From positions 1 to 24,950 of the IMG/VR virus record IMGVR_UViG_3300043442_000022: DNA of 24,950 nucleotides; one strand, written 5' to 3'. This stretch comes from a virus (lineage: Duplodnaviria > Caudoviricetes). The notes beneath the pieces were generated by a model, which was not told the origin of the DNA, searched no databases, and saw only the letters and a program-made list of their open reading frames with translations. The position numbers and the translations under genes are program-made. Below are positions 16,589 to 23,429 of this stretch, piece by piece. Position 1 is the first letter of the stretch, and each line of letters begins with the position of its first letter.

Positions 16589-17167
16589 TCAGGCAGACAG
16601 GCTGAAGGTGTAGGTCACATTCAGAATGTCGCCGCTGACAACCGACCGATCACCGGGAGACTGGAAGTCAGCCGCCGAGAACAGCGTACCCGTCGATCCG
16701 CCCTTGGTGTTGTTGTTCACCAAAAACGCCCCACCCACAGTCGTCGTGGCGTTGATCGAGAACACGGCCTTGCTTGCGGTGTTGGTCACCACGGAAGGAT
16801 TGGCGTTGGTCGCCGCAGCAAAGGAAGCGGTCGGGCGGTTTGCCTCGCTGTAGTCCGTGACCTCAGTCCATCCGCCGTGGGTAGCCATCGTGTCACCGGC
16901 AGCGGGGTTGTTGGAGGAAGCAGCGCCATACAGGCCCAGATACCAAGTGGTGCTTTGCGCAGTAGAGGTCAGCGCCACACCCGCCATGTACTGAAGGCCC
17001 ACATTGACCACGAGGTTGGGCGTCTCGGCAACCCACTTCAGATTGCCGTCCTTGTCAAAGCATTCGACAACATATTTGCCGGTGGCTTTGGCACCTTCGG
17101 AGGCACCCGTGTTGGCGACCAGACCGCTTGCGGCGATGTCGGTGGCCTTGGCTTTTTCAATGGACAT
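16589..17167 (-). CDS. Tail-associated structural protein, 192 aa
   Basis: AGGAG RBS. Motifs 'GKY.VECFDKDGNLKW....NLVVNVG' and 'GTLFSAADF...RSVVSGD.LNVTYTFSL'. Confidence 0.65.
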   Translation of the reverse strand: MSIEKAKATDIAASGLVANTGASEGAKATGKYVVECFDKDGNLKWVAETPNLVVNVGLQYMAGVALTSTAQSTTWYLGLYGAASSNNPAAGDTMATHGGWTEVTDYSEANRPTASFAAATNANPSVVTNTASKAVFSINATTTVGGAFLVNNNTKGGSTGTLFSAADFQSPGDRSVVSGDILNVTYTFSLSA

Positions 17168-17175
17168 GATGACTC

Positions 17176-17610
17176 CTATTCGATGCGAATGATTGCGTTG
17201 GTGCTGTTGGCAGTGGGAAACTGCACTTCAAAAGTTGTCGTGGCGGTCTTGTCCCCGCCAAAATCCAAAACACAAACGGTTGGATTGGTCACGCCATCGG
17301 CCTTATAGATCAGCGCACCACGACAGGTAAACGCCGCCGGGTTCCACGTCACATTGCTGAACGACAGATACATCGTCGTGTTGGTGGGGTCTGGCCCAGT
17401 GGTGGGCGCTACGGAGACAGTCAGGATTTCCCCGCCCGCCGTGTACCCGGTGCCGCTTGTTTCGTTGGTCGCGGTATAAGAAGCCGTGGTAGGGCCAATG
17501 GATGCACCACCCGTGTAGAGCGCCATCTTGAACGTGTCAGTGCTGAAGTCGAACTGGCCCGAAGCCAGCCCGACCTTGAACTGATTGGTGGCACCTTGGT
17601 CGATGGGCAT
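17176..17610 (-). CDS. Tail-associated structural protein, 144 aa
   Basis: Motifs 'FDFSTDTFKMALYT', 'GTGYTAGG..L' and 'RGALIY...VCVLDFGGDKT...F.VQFP...AIIRI'. Translationally coupled (TAATG). Confidence 0.7.
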   Translation of the reverse strand: MPIDQGATNQFKVGLASGQFDFSTDTFKMALYTGGASIGPTTASYTATNETSGTGYTAGGEILTVSVAPTTGPDPTNTTMYLSFSNVTWNPAAFTCRGALIYKADGVTNPTVCVLDFGGDKTATTTFEVQFPTANSTNAIIRIE

Positions 17611-18296
17611 TACTTGACCCCACTATTCTGAGGCAGCGGGGGCACGCGAGACTGCCCACTTCTGTAGGCATCAGAACGCTCCATGCCATCACCCAGGCGC
17701 TTGGCGAGTTGCAGGGCTTCCTTGTACTTTCCGTCGTACATGGCCATCATGTCCTGCTCACCCTTCATGTAGGTGTACGCCTCGACCAGCGAGCCATAGA
17801 GCAGCACCGTGTCAAAGTTGTCGCCCAGCCAAGTGCGCTCATTCGCCGCCACCGTGATTGACTCAGGGTAGTAGTAATAGTGCAACTCGATGGTGTATTG
17901 AGTATCGGGGGTGGGGCCGAGAATGAAGGACAACTCATCTTCGTTGACTGACTGAGGGCCAAAGATGGCGTAATACTTTGGAATGCCTTTATCGTCGTTG
18001 GGGTTTGGGTACGACTGCCGGATGAAGTTCACATCCTTGTTGAGCAAGTATTCGTACGCCCCCGTCCCATCAATCGCAGCCATCGAATACACCGCCAGAA
18101 AGTCTGACGGGCACTGAAGGTACTTGTTGTCTGCCGTGGTCTGTCCCGTCACGTTCTTGCGCAACGAGGGAAACTGCACCGTGTTGTAAATGCGCTGCTC
18201 CGCCTGACGGATGAATACAGGCAACTCAGCCTCAAAGGACTGATCCTGATTCTCCGTGTAGGCGATGATTGCCGCCTTCAACTCGGTGTAGTTCAC
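17610..18296 (-). CDS. Head-tail adaptor / tail ring protein, 228 aa
   Basis: GTG start at 18296 overlapping the upstream TGA (GTGA). 'NY.ELK.AI..YTEN....F...LP.FI.QAEQRIY', 'GIPKYYA', 'GPTPD..Y.IELHYYY.P' and 'LLYGSLVEAY.YMKG'. Confidence 0.7.
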   Translation of the reverse strand: MNYTELKAAIIAYTENQDQSFEAELPVFIRQAEQRIYNTVQFPSLRKNVTGQTTADNKYLQCPSDFLAVYSMAAIDGTGAYEYLLNKDVNFIRQSYPNPNDDKGIPKYYAIFGPQSVNEDELSFILGPTPDTQYTIELHYYYYPESITVAANERTWLGDNFDTVLLYGSLVEAYTYMKGEQDMMAMYDGKYKEALQLAKRLGDGMERSDAYRSGQSRVPPLPQNSGVK

Positions 18297-18493
18297 GCCA
18301 TCGGCCCCCGAGCCGTCACGCCCTTGGTGGCACAACCATTACCACGGGTCTTGATTCCGGAAGTCTTGACACCTTTGTACTCGTTGGCGTGCATGTTGGC
18401 CACCGAAGTGTCAATGTCTCTCAAGGCGTTCTTGATGTCATCCGCACCCACCACAGGCGTGGCGACAGTCTTTGGCGTCTTGTAAGTAGCCAT
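18293..18493 (-). CDS. Small basic protein, 66 aa, with C-terminal RG.G.A.KG motif
   Basis: ATG at 18493, 1 nt after the upstream TGA. MATYKTPK...KTSGIKTRGNGCATKGVTARGPMA. Confidence 0.7.
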   Translation of the reverse strand: MATYKTPKTVATPVVGADDIKNALRDIDTSVANMHANEYKGVKTSGIKTRGNGCATKGVTARGPMA

Positions 18494-18494
18494 G

Positions 18495-18677
18495 TCAGAC
18501 CCCCTGTTGCTTGCGGCCAGGAGACTTCTGGTTGGCAACCTTGGCCAGATTGCGTCCCATTTTGAGCATGTCAGAGTTGGTCTTGCCGCCTGCGCGGTAA
18601 CCTTTACCCTTGTGCATGCGAGCCTCGTGCGCTTTGACTTCGCCCTTGGCAATTGTCTTGACTTGTTTCTTGTCCAT
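18495..18677 (-). CDS. Small basic protein, 60 aa
   Basis: AGGAG RBS. Lys-rich, contains YRAGG. Confidence 0.7.
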   Translation of the reverse strand: MDKKQVKTIAKGEVKAHEARMHKGKGYRAGGKTNSDMLKMGRNLAKVANQKSPGRKQQGV

Positions 18678-18685
18678 CTCTGCTC

Positions 18686-19114
18686 CTATGCCACCACCAC
18701 TGTGACTGTACCAATTTGAACACTCATCACCAAGTTATTCGGCGTGAGTCCGTTATCAATCCCTCTAGCACCGCCCACCGGATTCCAACCCCACTGAAAG
18801 TCCCGGCTACCTTCGGAAGGAAACCCAACCGCATCCTGCGTGTTTGCCGTGGTGTCCACGATCTGCAAGCCCGTGTTGCCTGACTGCACATAACTCAAGT
18901 CGGGCCGGGGATCGCGCAATCCTTGGGGGTCATCCACCGGGTACATACCCAGTTGCAACTGCGGATGATCCGGATCCCAGCACTGCGGGCAAACCAGCAG
19001 GTTGTAGGTCTTGGTCTTGATTACCTCTTTCTTAAGTCTGGTCAGTTTGAACCTAAACCCACAGCGGTCGCACTCCGATATGGCGTTCTTGCCAGATGCG
19101 AAGCGATTCCCCAT
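18686..19114 (-). CDS. Phage protein with a Zn-ribbon (CxxC...CxxC), 142 aa
   Basis: 'ECDRCGFRF' and 'VCPQCWDPDHPQL', then 'DPQGLRDPRPD'. Abuts the upstream stop. Confidence 0.75.
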   Translation of the reverse strand: MGNRFASGKNAISECDRCGFRFKLTRLKKEVIKTKTYNLLVCPQCWDPDHPQLQLGMYPVDDPQGLRDPRPDLSYVQSGNTGLQIVDTTANTQDAVGFPSEGSRDFQWGWNPVGGARGIDNGLTPNNLVMSVQIGTVTVVVA

Positions 19115-20065
19115 TTATGTGCCACTCCCGATATACATCTGCCGGGGCACAAACCGAACCGCTGCTTTTTCCTGATCCTGTCCTGCGGCCAACTGCCACG
19201 CCTCGTCGTACTGCGCCTTGAGGATTTCCAATCGCTGCACGCCTTCTGGAAGTTTCAGGGCGATGTAGTACGCCAACCCTGCGGCAAGGCAGGGCAGGAA
19301 CCTGAACGGCACATCAAAGGTCTTGACGCCAGAGTTGGTGGCGTCCTGAATCCGCCGCATCCGCCAGTAGACAAACTGATACGTAGTTCCCGCATTCGGC
19401 GTTGGCCAGACCGTGATGGACTGCTTTTGGGCCAAGGTGATGGCTGCGCCTGAGCTATGCCCTGCGGCAGTGGTGCCGTCCTGACCCCGAGCGCAATTCA
19501 ACAGATATGCGGGATTACCCCCAGACGCCACCTGTACCTCGTTGTAGGCAATCAGTTCCGCGCCAATCTTGATGAACCCGGCGTTGGGCACACCCACCAA
19601 GGATGTGATGGGAATCTGCGTAGTGGTGCTGAGGATGTTTGCTTGCAGCGTTCCAGCCAGCACCGAGTCATGCGCCGTCAGTTTCTGCACCCAGACCTGA
19701 ATCGGCCTTCCCTGTATCAGCTTATTGGGAATCGTGGCGTATGTGCTGACGCTAATACGGGTAATCGTAAGGTCGGCCTGATTGTTTGGTACGTTGGCGT
19801 TGGTGCGAATGACGTGATCCAGCAAATCCACCGTGTCATCGGGAAGCGCGTAGGTGGGTTGACCTTGAGCCAGGGTGATGACGTTCTGCTCAAACGTCCA
19901 CATGTTGACGCCCCGGTTGGCCCAGTCAGCGAACAACAGATTGAGACTACGGCGAGCAGTGCGCAGGTCGTAACCCGTGCGCAACTCAGAACCCGCACGC
20001 TCAAACGCTTCCTCAACAATTTCGTTGAGGTCAAGGTCAAAATTGGCTACGCCTGAAGTGGTCAT
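19115..20065 (-). CDS. Head-tail connector/adaptor (tail tubular A / P22 gp4-like), 316 aa
   Basis: 'MTTSG...FDL.L.EIVEEAFER.G..LRTGYDLRTARRSLNLLFADWANRG.N.WT', 'VWPTP' and 'VPFRFLPCL.AGLAYYIA.K'. Assigned from motifs and position. Confidence 0.7.
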   Translation of the reverse strand: MTTSGVANFDLDLNEIVEEAFERAGSELRTGYDLRTARRSLNLLFADWANRGVNMWTFEQNVITLAQGQPTYALPDDTVDLLDHVIRTNANVPNNQADLTITRISVSTYATIPNKLIQGRPIQVWVQKLTAHDSVLAGTLQANILSTTTQIPITSLVGVPNAGFIKIGAELIAYNEVQVASGGNPAYLLNCARGQDGTTAAGHSSGAAITLAQKQSITVWPTPNAGTTYQFVYWRMRRIQDATNSGVKTFDVPFRFLPCLAAGLAYYIALKLPEGVQRLEILKAQYDEAWQLAAGQDQEKAAVRFVPRQMYIGSGT

Positions 20066-20295
20066 CTAAATCTCGCAGTCTTCTTGGCAATGCCCTTGGG
20101 CTGCGCTACGAATTGCTTTCCGGCTTTTTTCCCAGCACGCTTTGCACGCGTTGTCGCAGCGTACTCAGAAGGGCTGAGACTTTTGATCGCAGCCTCTGGA
20201 AGGTATCTTTCACCCGTGTCAGAAGATCGTTTACCACTCTTCGTTCTCCACTTTTGGGCAGTCCAATCCTTGAGCGACTGCTGCGGGTTTTTCAT
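20062..20295 (-). CDS. Small basic phage protein, 77 aa (DUF5872-like)
   Basis: ATG at 20295. 'QQSLKDWT.QKWRTKSGK.S..TGERYLPE.AIK.LS..EYAATT.AKR...GKQFV.QP'. The family name is from recall and was not searched. Confidence 0.7.
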   Translation of the reverse strand: MKNPQQSLKDWTAQKWRTKSGKRSSDTGERYLPEAAIKSLSPSEYAATTRAKRAGKKAGKQFVAQPKGIAKKTARFR

Positions 20296-20296
20296 G

Positions 20297-20557
20297 TCAG
20301 TACATCTTCCCGCGAGTCTTACCACGCTTAGCGCATCCGTCGGCACGGGAGGATGCGGAAGAAACCTTGCCGCCTTTCTTGAAAGGACTGCTTTGTTCTT
20401 CGACTGGACTTGAAGCCTGCGGCTGGATATTGAATGTCTGACTGACTCCCGCAGCGCCCGACTCCGAACCGCTCTGTGGCTGATTCAAAGAAAACGGGTA
20501 TGTCGGCTGCTGAGGCGCATCAATCTCGCCGCCCAACGCGTATTTCTTTCTAGCCAC
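20297..20557 (-). CDS. Small tagged protein, 86 aa (YALGG...FKKGG + RADG tail)
   Basis: GTG at 20557 with GGAGG RBS, in frame with track ORF 20297..20824. MARKKYALGG...FKKGGKVSSASSRADGCAKRGKTRGKMY. Confidence 0.7.
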   Translation of the reverse strand: MARKKYALGGEIDAPQQPTYPFSLNQPQSGSESGAAGVSQTFNIQPQASSPVEEQSSPFKKGGKVSSASSRADGCAKRGKTRGKMY

Positions 20558-20837
20558 GATACCCTCCGCCCTTTTCCTTGTACCTCTTTGCCAGAAGCTG
20601 CGCTTTTCTCGCGCTCCACTGGCCTGCCGCAGTGCCCTGCACCGCCTGAGACTTGATGGACTCAAACAGGGACTTGCGCATCCCGGGCTTGGTGTAGACG
20701 CCTGCCGCGTTGACCTTGGATTTGGTCTTGCCGCCTTCGGCATACTGATCAAAATCAGTATCGTCCCTACGCGCTTTGCGTTTGGCTTTAGGCATCTTGG
20801 AGGGGGAGATGGCCCCCATCCCACGGCTGGCCATCAT
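20550..20837 (-). CDS. Small basic phage protein, 95 aa
   Basis: ATG at 20837, 2 nt after the upstream stop. 'MMASRGMGAI', YAEGG, and 'YTKP..RK.LF..IK...GQWSARKAQLLAK.YK..GGGY'. Confidence 0.75.
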   Translation of the reverse strand: MMASRGMGAISPSKMPKAKRKARRDDTDFDQYAEGGKTKSKVNAAGVYTKPGMRKSLFESIKSQAVQGTAAGQWSARKAQLLAKRYKEKGGGYRG

Positions 20838-20839
20838 GG

Positions 20840-21262
20840 TTACACCATCTTCCCGCGAGTCTTGCCGCGTTGAGCGCAACCGTCAGCCCGAGAAGATGCG
20901 GAAGAAATTTTTCCGCCTTTGGCTTTTTTCTTTGCTTTATCCGAGTCCTCGCCAAAAGATTCAACCGTTACATAGTTGCCTTCTCTAGAGGTCTTCATCC
21001 CTTTACGTTGAAGTCCGGCATTAAGTTGGGACATGAGGTCGCCCATAGCGGAACTTGATCGCTTAGACTTTTCCATCTTGGCAAAGTCTTCCGGCATCAA
21101 ATCACGCGGCAAAGATTCACCTTCAGGCGTCTTGTACTTGCCCATCTTCTCAGCAGTAAAAACGTCCCGATCAGCTTTTTCCCGCTCTTTGCGCTCAATC
21201 TCCGCCATTTGCTTGGCGGTGGGGGGAACAGTAAGCCCCCGTCCTGCTCCTGCTTCAGCCAT
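20840..21262 (-). CDS. Small tagged protein, 140 aa (KAKGG + RADG tail)
   Basis: AGGAGG RBS. Charged N-terminal region, C-terminus KAKGGKISSASSRADGCAQRGKTRGKMV. Confidence 0.75.
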   Translation of the reverse strand: MAEAGAGRGLTVPPTAKQMAEIERKEREKADRDVFTAEKMGKYKTPEGESLPRDLMPEDFAKMEKSKRSSSAMGDLMSQLNAGLQRKGMKTSREGNYVTVESFGEDSDKAKKKAKGGKISSASSRADGCAQRGKTRGKMV

Positions 21263-21276
21263 GATGGCCTCCTAAA

Positions 21277-22098
21277 TCAGCACTTGCCGCCGTACTTCAT
21301 GCCCACCGGCTTGCTGCCCGACATCTTGACCATCGCGCCCTTGGTCTTACCCTTGGAAGCCACACCATCGCGGCTCGGGGCAGCGGTACGAACCGAGCCC
21401 ATCTTGGCAGTCGTGATGCCACCAGAGGCCATCTTCTTGACGTTGCCGCCATTCTTCAGAGCAGGCTTTGGACGAGCATCGGGACGGGGGGTTGGGCCGG
21501 AACCGGGACGATTACTAGCGCCGGGACGGCTGCCGGGAGGCAACTTGTTTGTTGCGCCTGTGCTGAAGCCACCCGGCTTGCCAAATCCGCCCGTGTACTC
21601 ACCCGTGCGAGAAGGCATGCTGGAAATACCGCTCGTGTTGCGGGTCGGCGTGTTGGAGGCTGGCATACTGGAAATGCCACCCTTGCTTGGCACTTTACTA
21701 AACTTGTCAAGATTAGTAAAACCACCCGTGTCACGGGCGGGCATATTGGAGACGCCACCAAAGGCCATCTTCTTCTTGCCCTTCATCTCTGCCATCTCAT
21801 GCTTGAGCATGGATTTGGGAGCGCCCTTCTTCTTCATAAAGGCAATCTCTTTACCCATCATTTTCTTAGATTCAGCCATTTCGCCACCTTTTGCAAATAG
21901 AGCCGATTTGCCGTGGTCGGTTTTCGGCTTGTTGATACCCTGACGGTCAGGACGACTGCCAGACCCAAACTTACGGCCTTTGTCGGCCTTCATGAACTCT
22001 TCGCCCACGGACTGTGGGATTCCGGTCTTTTTGGCAAACGACGGATTGTTGGCCACCGCTGCCATGAAATTGTGCTGCTTTTTGCTGACGCTAGGCAT
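21277..22098 (-). CDS. Basic low-complexity protein, 273 aa, five x-x-GG motifs and a RADG-like tail
   Basis: 'MPSVSKKQHNFMAAVANNP.FAKK.GIPQSVG.EF.KADKG' N-terminus. FAKGG, MAFGG, LKNGG, MASGG, MKYGG, and 'SRDGVASKGKTKG.MV'. Confidence 0.75.
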   Translation of the reverse strand: MPSVSKKQHNFMAAVANNPSFAKKTGIPQSVGEEFMKADKGRKFGSGSRPDRQGINKPKTDHGKSALFAKGGEMAESKKMMGKEIAFMKKKGAPKSMLKHEMAEMKGKKKMAFGGVSNMPARDTGGFTNLDKFSKVPSKGGISSMPASNTPTRNTSGISSMPSRTGEYTGGFGKPGGFSTGATNKLPPGSRPGASNRPGSGPTPRPDARPKPALKNGGNVKKMASGGITTAKMGSVRTAAPSRDGVASKGKTKGAMVKMSGSKPVGMKYGGKC

Positions 22099-22288
22099 CG
22101 CCGTTTCTCCGCCTGCGGATCAACTCAAAAAACGTTTTGCCAGTCACCATCTCCGCAATCCGCATCAGTGTCCAGATGGCACCGATGAGACCAAATATGG
22201 GAGTAAGCAACTGCAAGAACGAAGTGATGGCCGCTAGTGCAGCCATGATGTCCAACGTATGCTTAATGGTGTCGTGATGCTGGCCCAT
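22091..22288 (-). CDS. Small membrane protein (holin-like), 65 aa
   Basis: Hydrophobic stretch IMAALAAITSFLQLLTPIFGLIGAIWTLM followed by a basic C-terminus (RRRR). Confidence 0.65.
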   Translation of the reverse strand: MGQHHDTIKHTLDIMAALAAITSFLQLLTPIFGLIGAIWTLMRIAEMVTGKTFFELIRRRRNGDA

Positions 22289-22289
22289 G

Positions 22290-22739
22290 TCAGTACATCT
22301 TGCACTTTGTTTTGCCCTTGGAGACGATGCCGTCAGCCCGCTTGGAGACTGAAGAAGTCATGCCACCTTTGGCCCGCTTGACCGGCATAGCCGCTTTTTT
22401 TGCAGCGTCTGCTGCGGCGCGTTGTTGGGCTAACTGGGTGGTGTAGGAAGTGTTTGGGTTGTACGTTCCGGCGGTATAGGTGCCTGTAGGAGCGCCGCGA
22501 GAACCTAACGAGCGGAACTTGGCCTCTTCCATTGCTTGATAGGCCCTGTAATTTTGGGCTTCGGGGCTACCAATTGGGAATTGTCTGCGCCCCGCCTGAA
22601 CAGCACTGTATGCCGCATTATTGGCAAGCCTTCTTGCAAACTCTGGGTCTTCAGCGGCTCTGCGCGCTTGGCCCCTAAGAACAGGCGACGTTGTCGGTGG
22701 GGCCGGCGGGCCACCCAAAGCCATTTTCTTTGTCTTCAT
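22290..22739 (-). CDS. Small tagged protein, 149 aa (MALGG...RAKGG + RADG tail)
   Basis: MKTKKMALGG...RAKGGMTSSVSKRADGIVSKGKTKCKMY. Confidence 0.75.
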   Translation of the reverse strand: MKTKKMALGGPPAPPTTSPVLRGQARRAAEDPEFARRLANNAAYSAVQAGRRQFPIGSPEAQNYRAYQAMEEAKFRSLGSRGAPTGTYTAGTYNPNTSYTTQLAQQRAAADAAKKAAMPVKRAKGGMTSSVSKRADGIVSKGKTKCKMY

Positions 22740-22740
22740 G

Positions 22741-22995
22741 TCAGCAGTTCCACGCCCGCAGGCTTTTGTTGATACGGCTGTTCGGATCGTTGGCTGTCTT
22801 GGCGCTGGTCAACTTCTTCTTCATGCCCTTCATACGGGCGCAGAAGGAGTCTCGGCGTGGGCCTCCCTCGGGCTGCGGGGCTTTGAGCCCCGGCTTGCCC
22901 GGATTGGCTGCGTTGTAAGAGGCACGCCCCTTGGCGTTCAGTCCGCCCTTGGGGTTCTTGCCTTCCTTGCGTTGCCATGCCGGAGACTTAGCCAT
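22741..22995 (-). CDS. Small basic phage protein, 84 aa (DUF6321-like)
   Basis: 'AWQRKEGKNPKGGLNAKGRASYN...LKAP...RR.SFCARM.GM......DPNSRINKSLRAWNC'. The family name is from recall and was not searched. Confidence 0.75.
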   Translation of the reverse strand: MAKSPAWQRKEGKNPKGGLNAKGRASYNAANPGKPGLKAPQPEGGPRRDSFCARMKGMKKKLTSAKTANDPNSRINKSLRAWNC

Positions 22996-23275
22996 AGTAG
23001 AGCGTCACGGCTGCGGCGCTTCCGGTATCGCAGAAGACGCCATTAAGAGCACGGATGCCTTCGCCAGGAATCACCACCGTGTGGCACCCCGCCGCCGTCA
23101 CACCCAACTTCAACAAGACCGTGCCGGAAGCGGCAGAGGCGTTGTCGTAGAAGATGATCGGGTTGGCTCCCCCCGCAGTCACCGACACATATGCGCCCTT
23201 GATGCGCACAGGGTAGGCAACCATTGCCGCATCACTTTCGGTGTACGCGGCCTTAACGTCATATTGCATTGTCAT
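22988..23275 (-). CDS. Small beta-rich virion protein (possible head decoration), ~95 aa
   Basis: Start at MTMQYDVKA (23275, or 23269). 'RIKG.Y' and 'IPGEGI...GV...' motifs, ending 'VTLYYG'. Close downstream of the capsid gene. Confidence 0.65.
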   Translation of the reverse strand: MTMQYDVKAAYTESDAAMVAYPVRIKGAYVSVTAGGANPIIFYDNASAASGTVLLKLGVTAAGCHTVVIPGEGIRALNGVFCDTGSAAAVTLYYG

Positions 23276-23429
23276 TCTGCTGTTCCAGTTCTGGCTGCTC
23301 CAATTGTTGAAGCAGGTGGTCAAGCATGTCGATTGCGCCGTTAGCCTGCTGGATCATGTTCAGAAGCTCTTGACGCTTGGCCACAGCGTTCTGCCTAAGC
23401 TCCAGCAGGGACTCCTTGGTCAGCCCCAT
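23259..23429 (-). CDS. Small coiled-coil protein, 56 aa
   Basis: ATG at 23429 overlaps the upstream TGA (TGATG). MGLTKESLLELRQNAVAKRQELLNMIQQANGAIDMLDHLLQQLE... Confidence 0.65.
   Translation of the reverse strand: MGLTKESLLELRQNAVAKRQELLNMIQQANGAIDMLDHLLQQLEQPELEQQNDNAI

Noticed and set aside
20297-22739. Bacteriocin/RiPP cluster with double-glycine leaders
   Set aside because: No C39 peptidase-ABC transporter or modification enzymes are in the window, and the context is virion morphogenesis. Kept only as an analogy.
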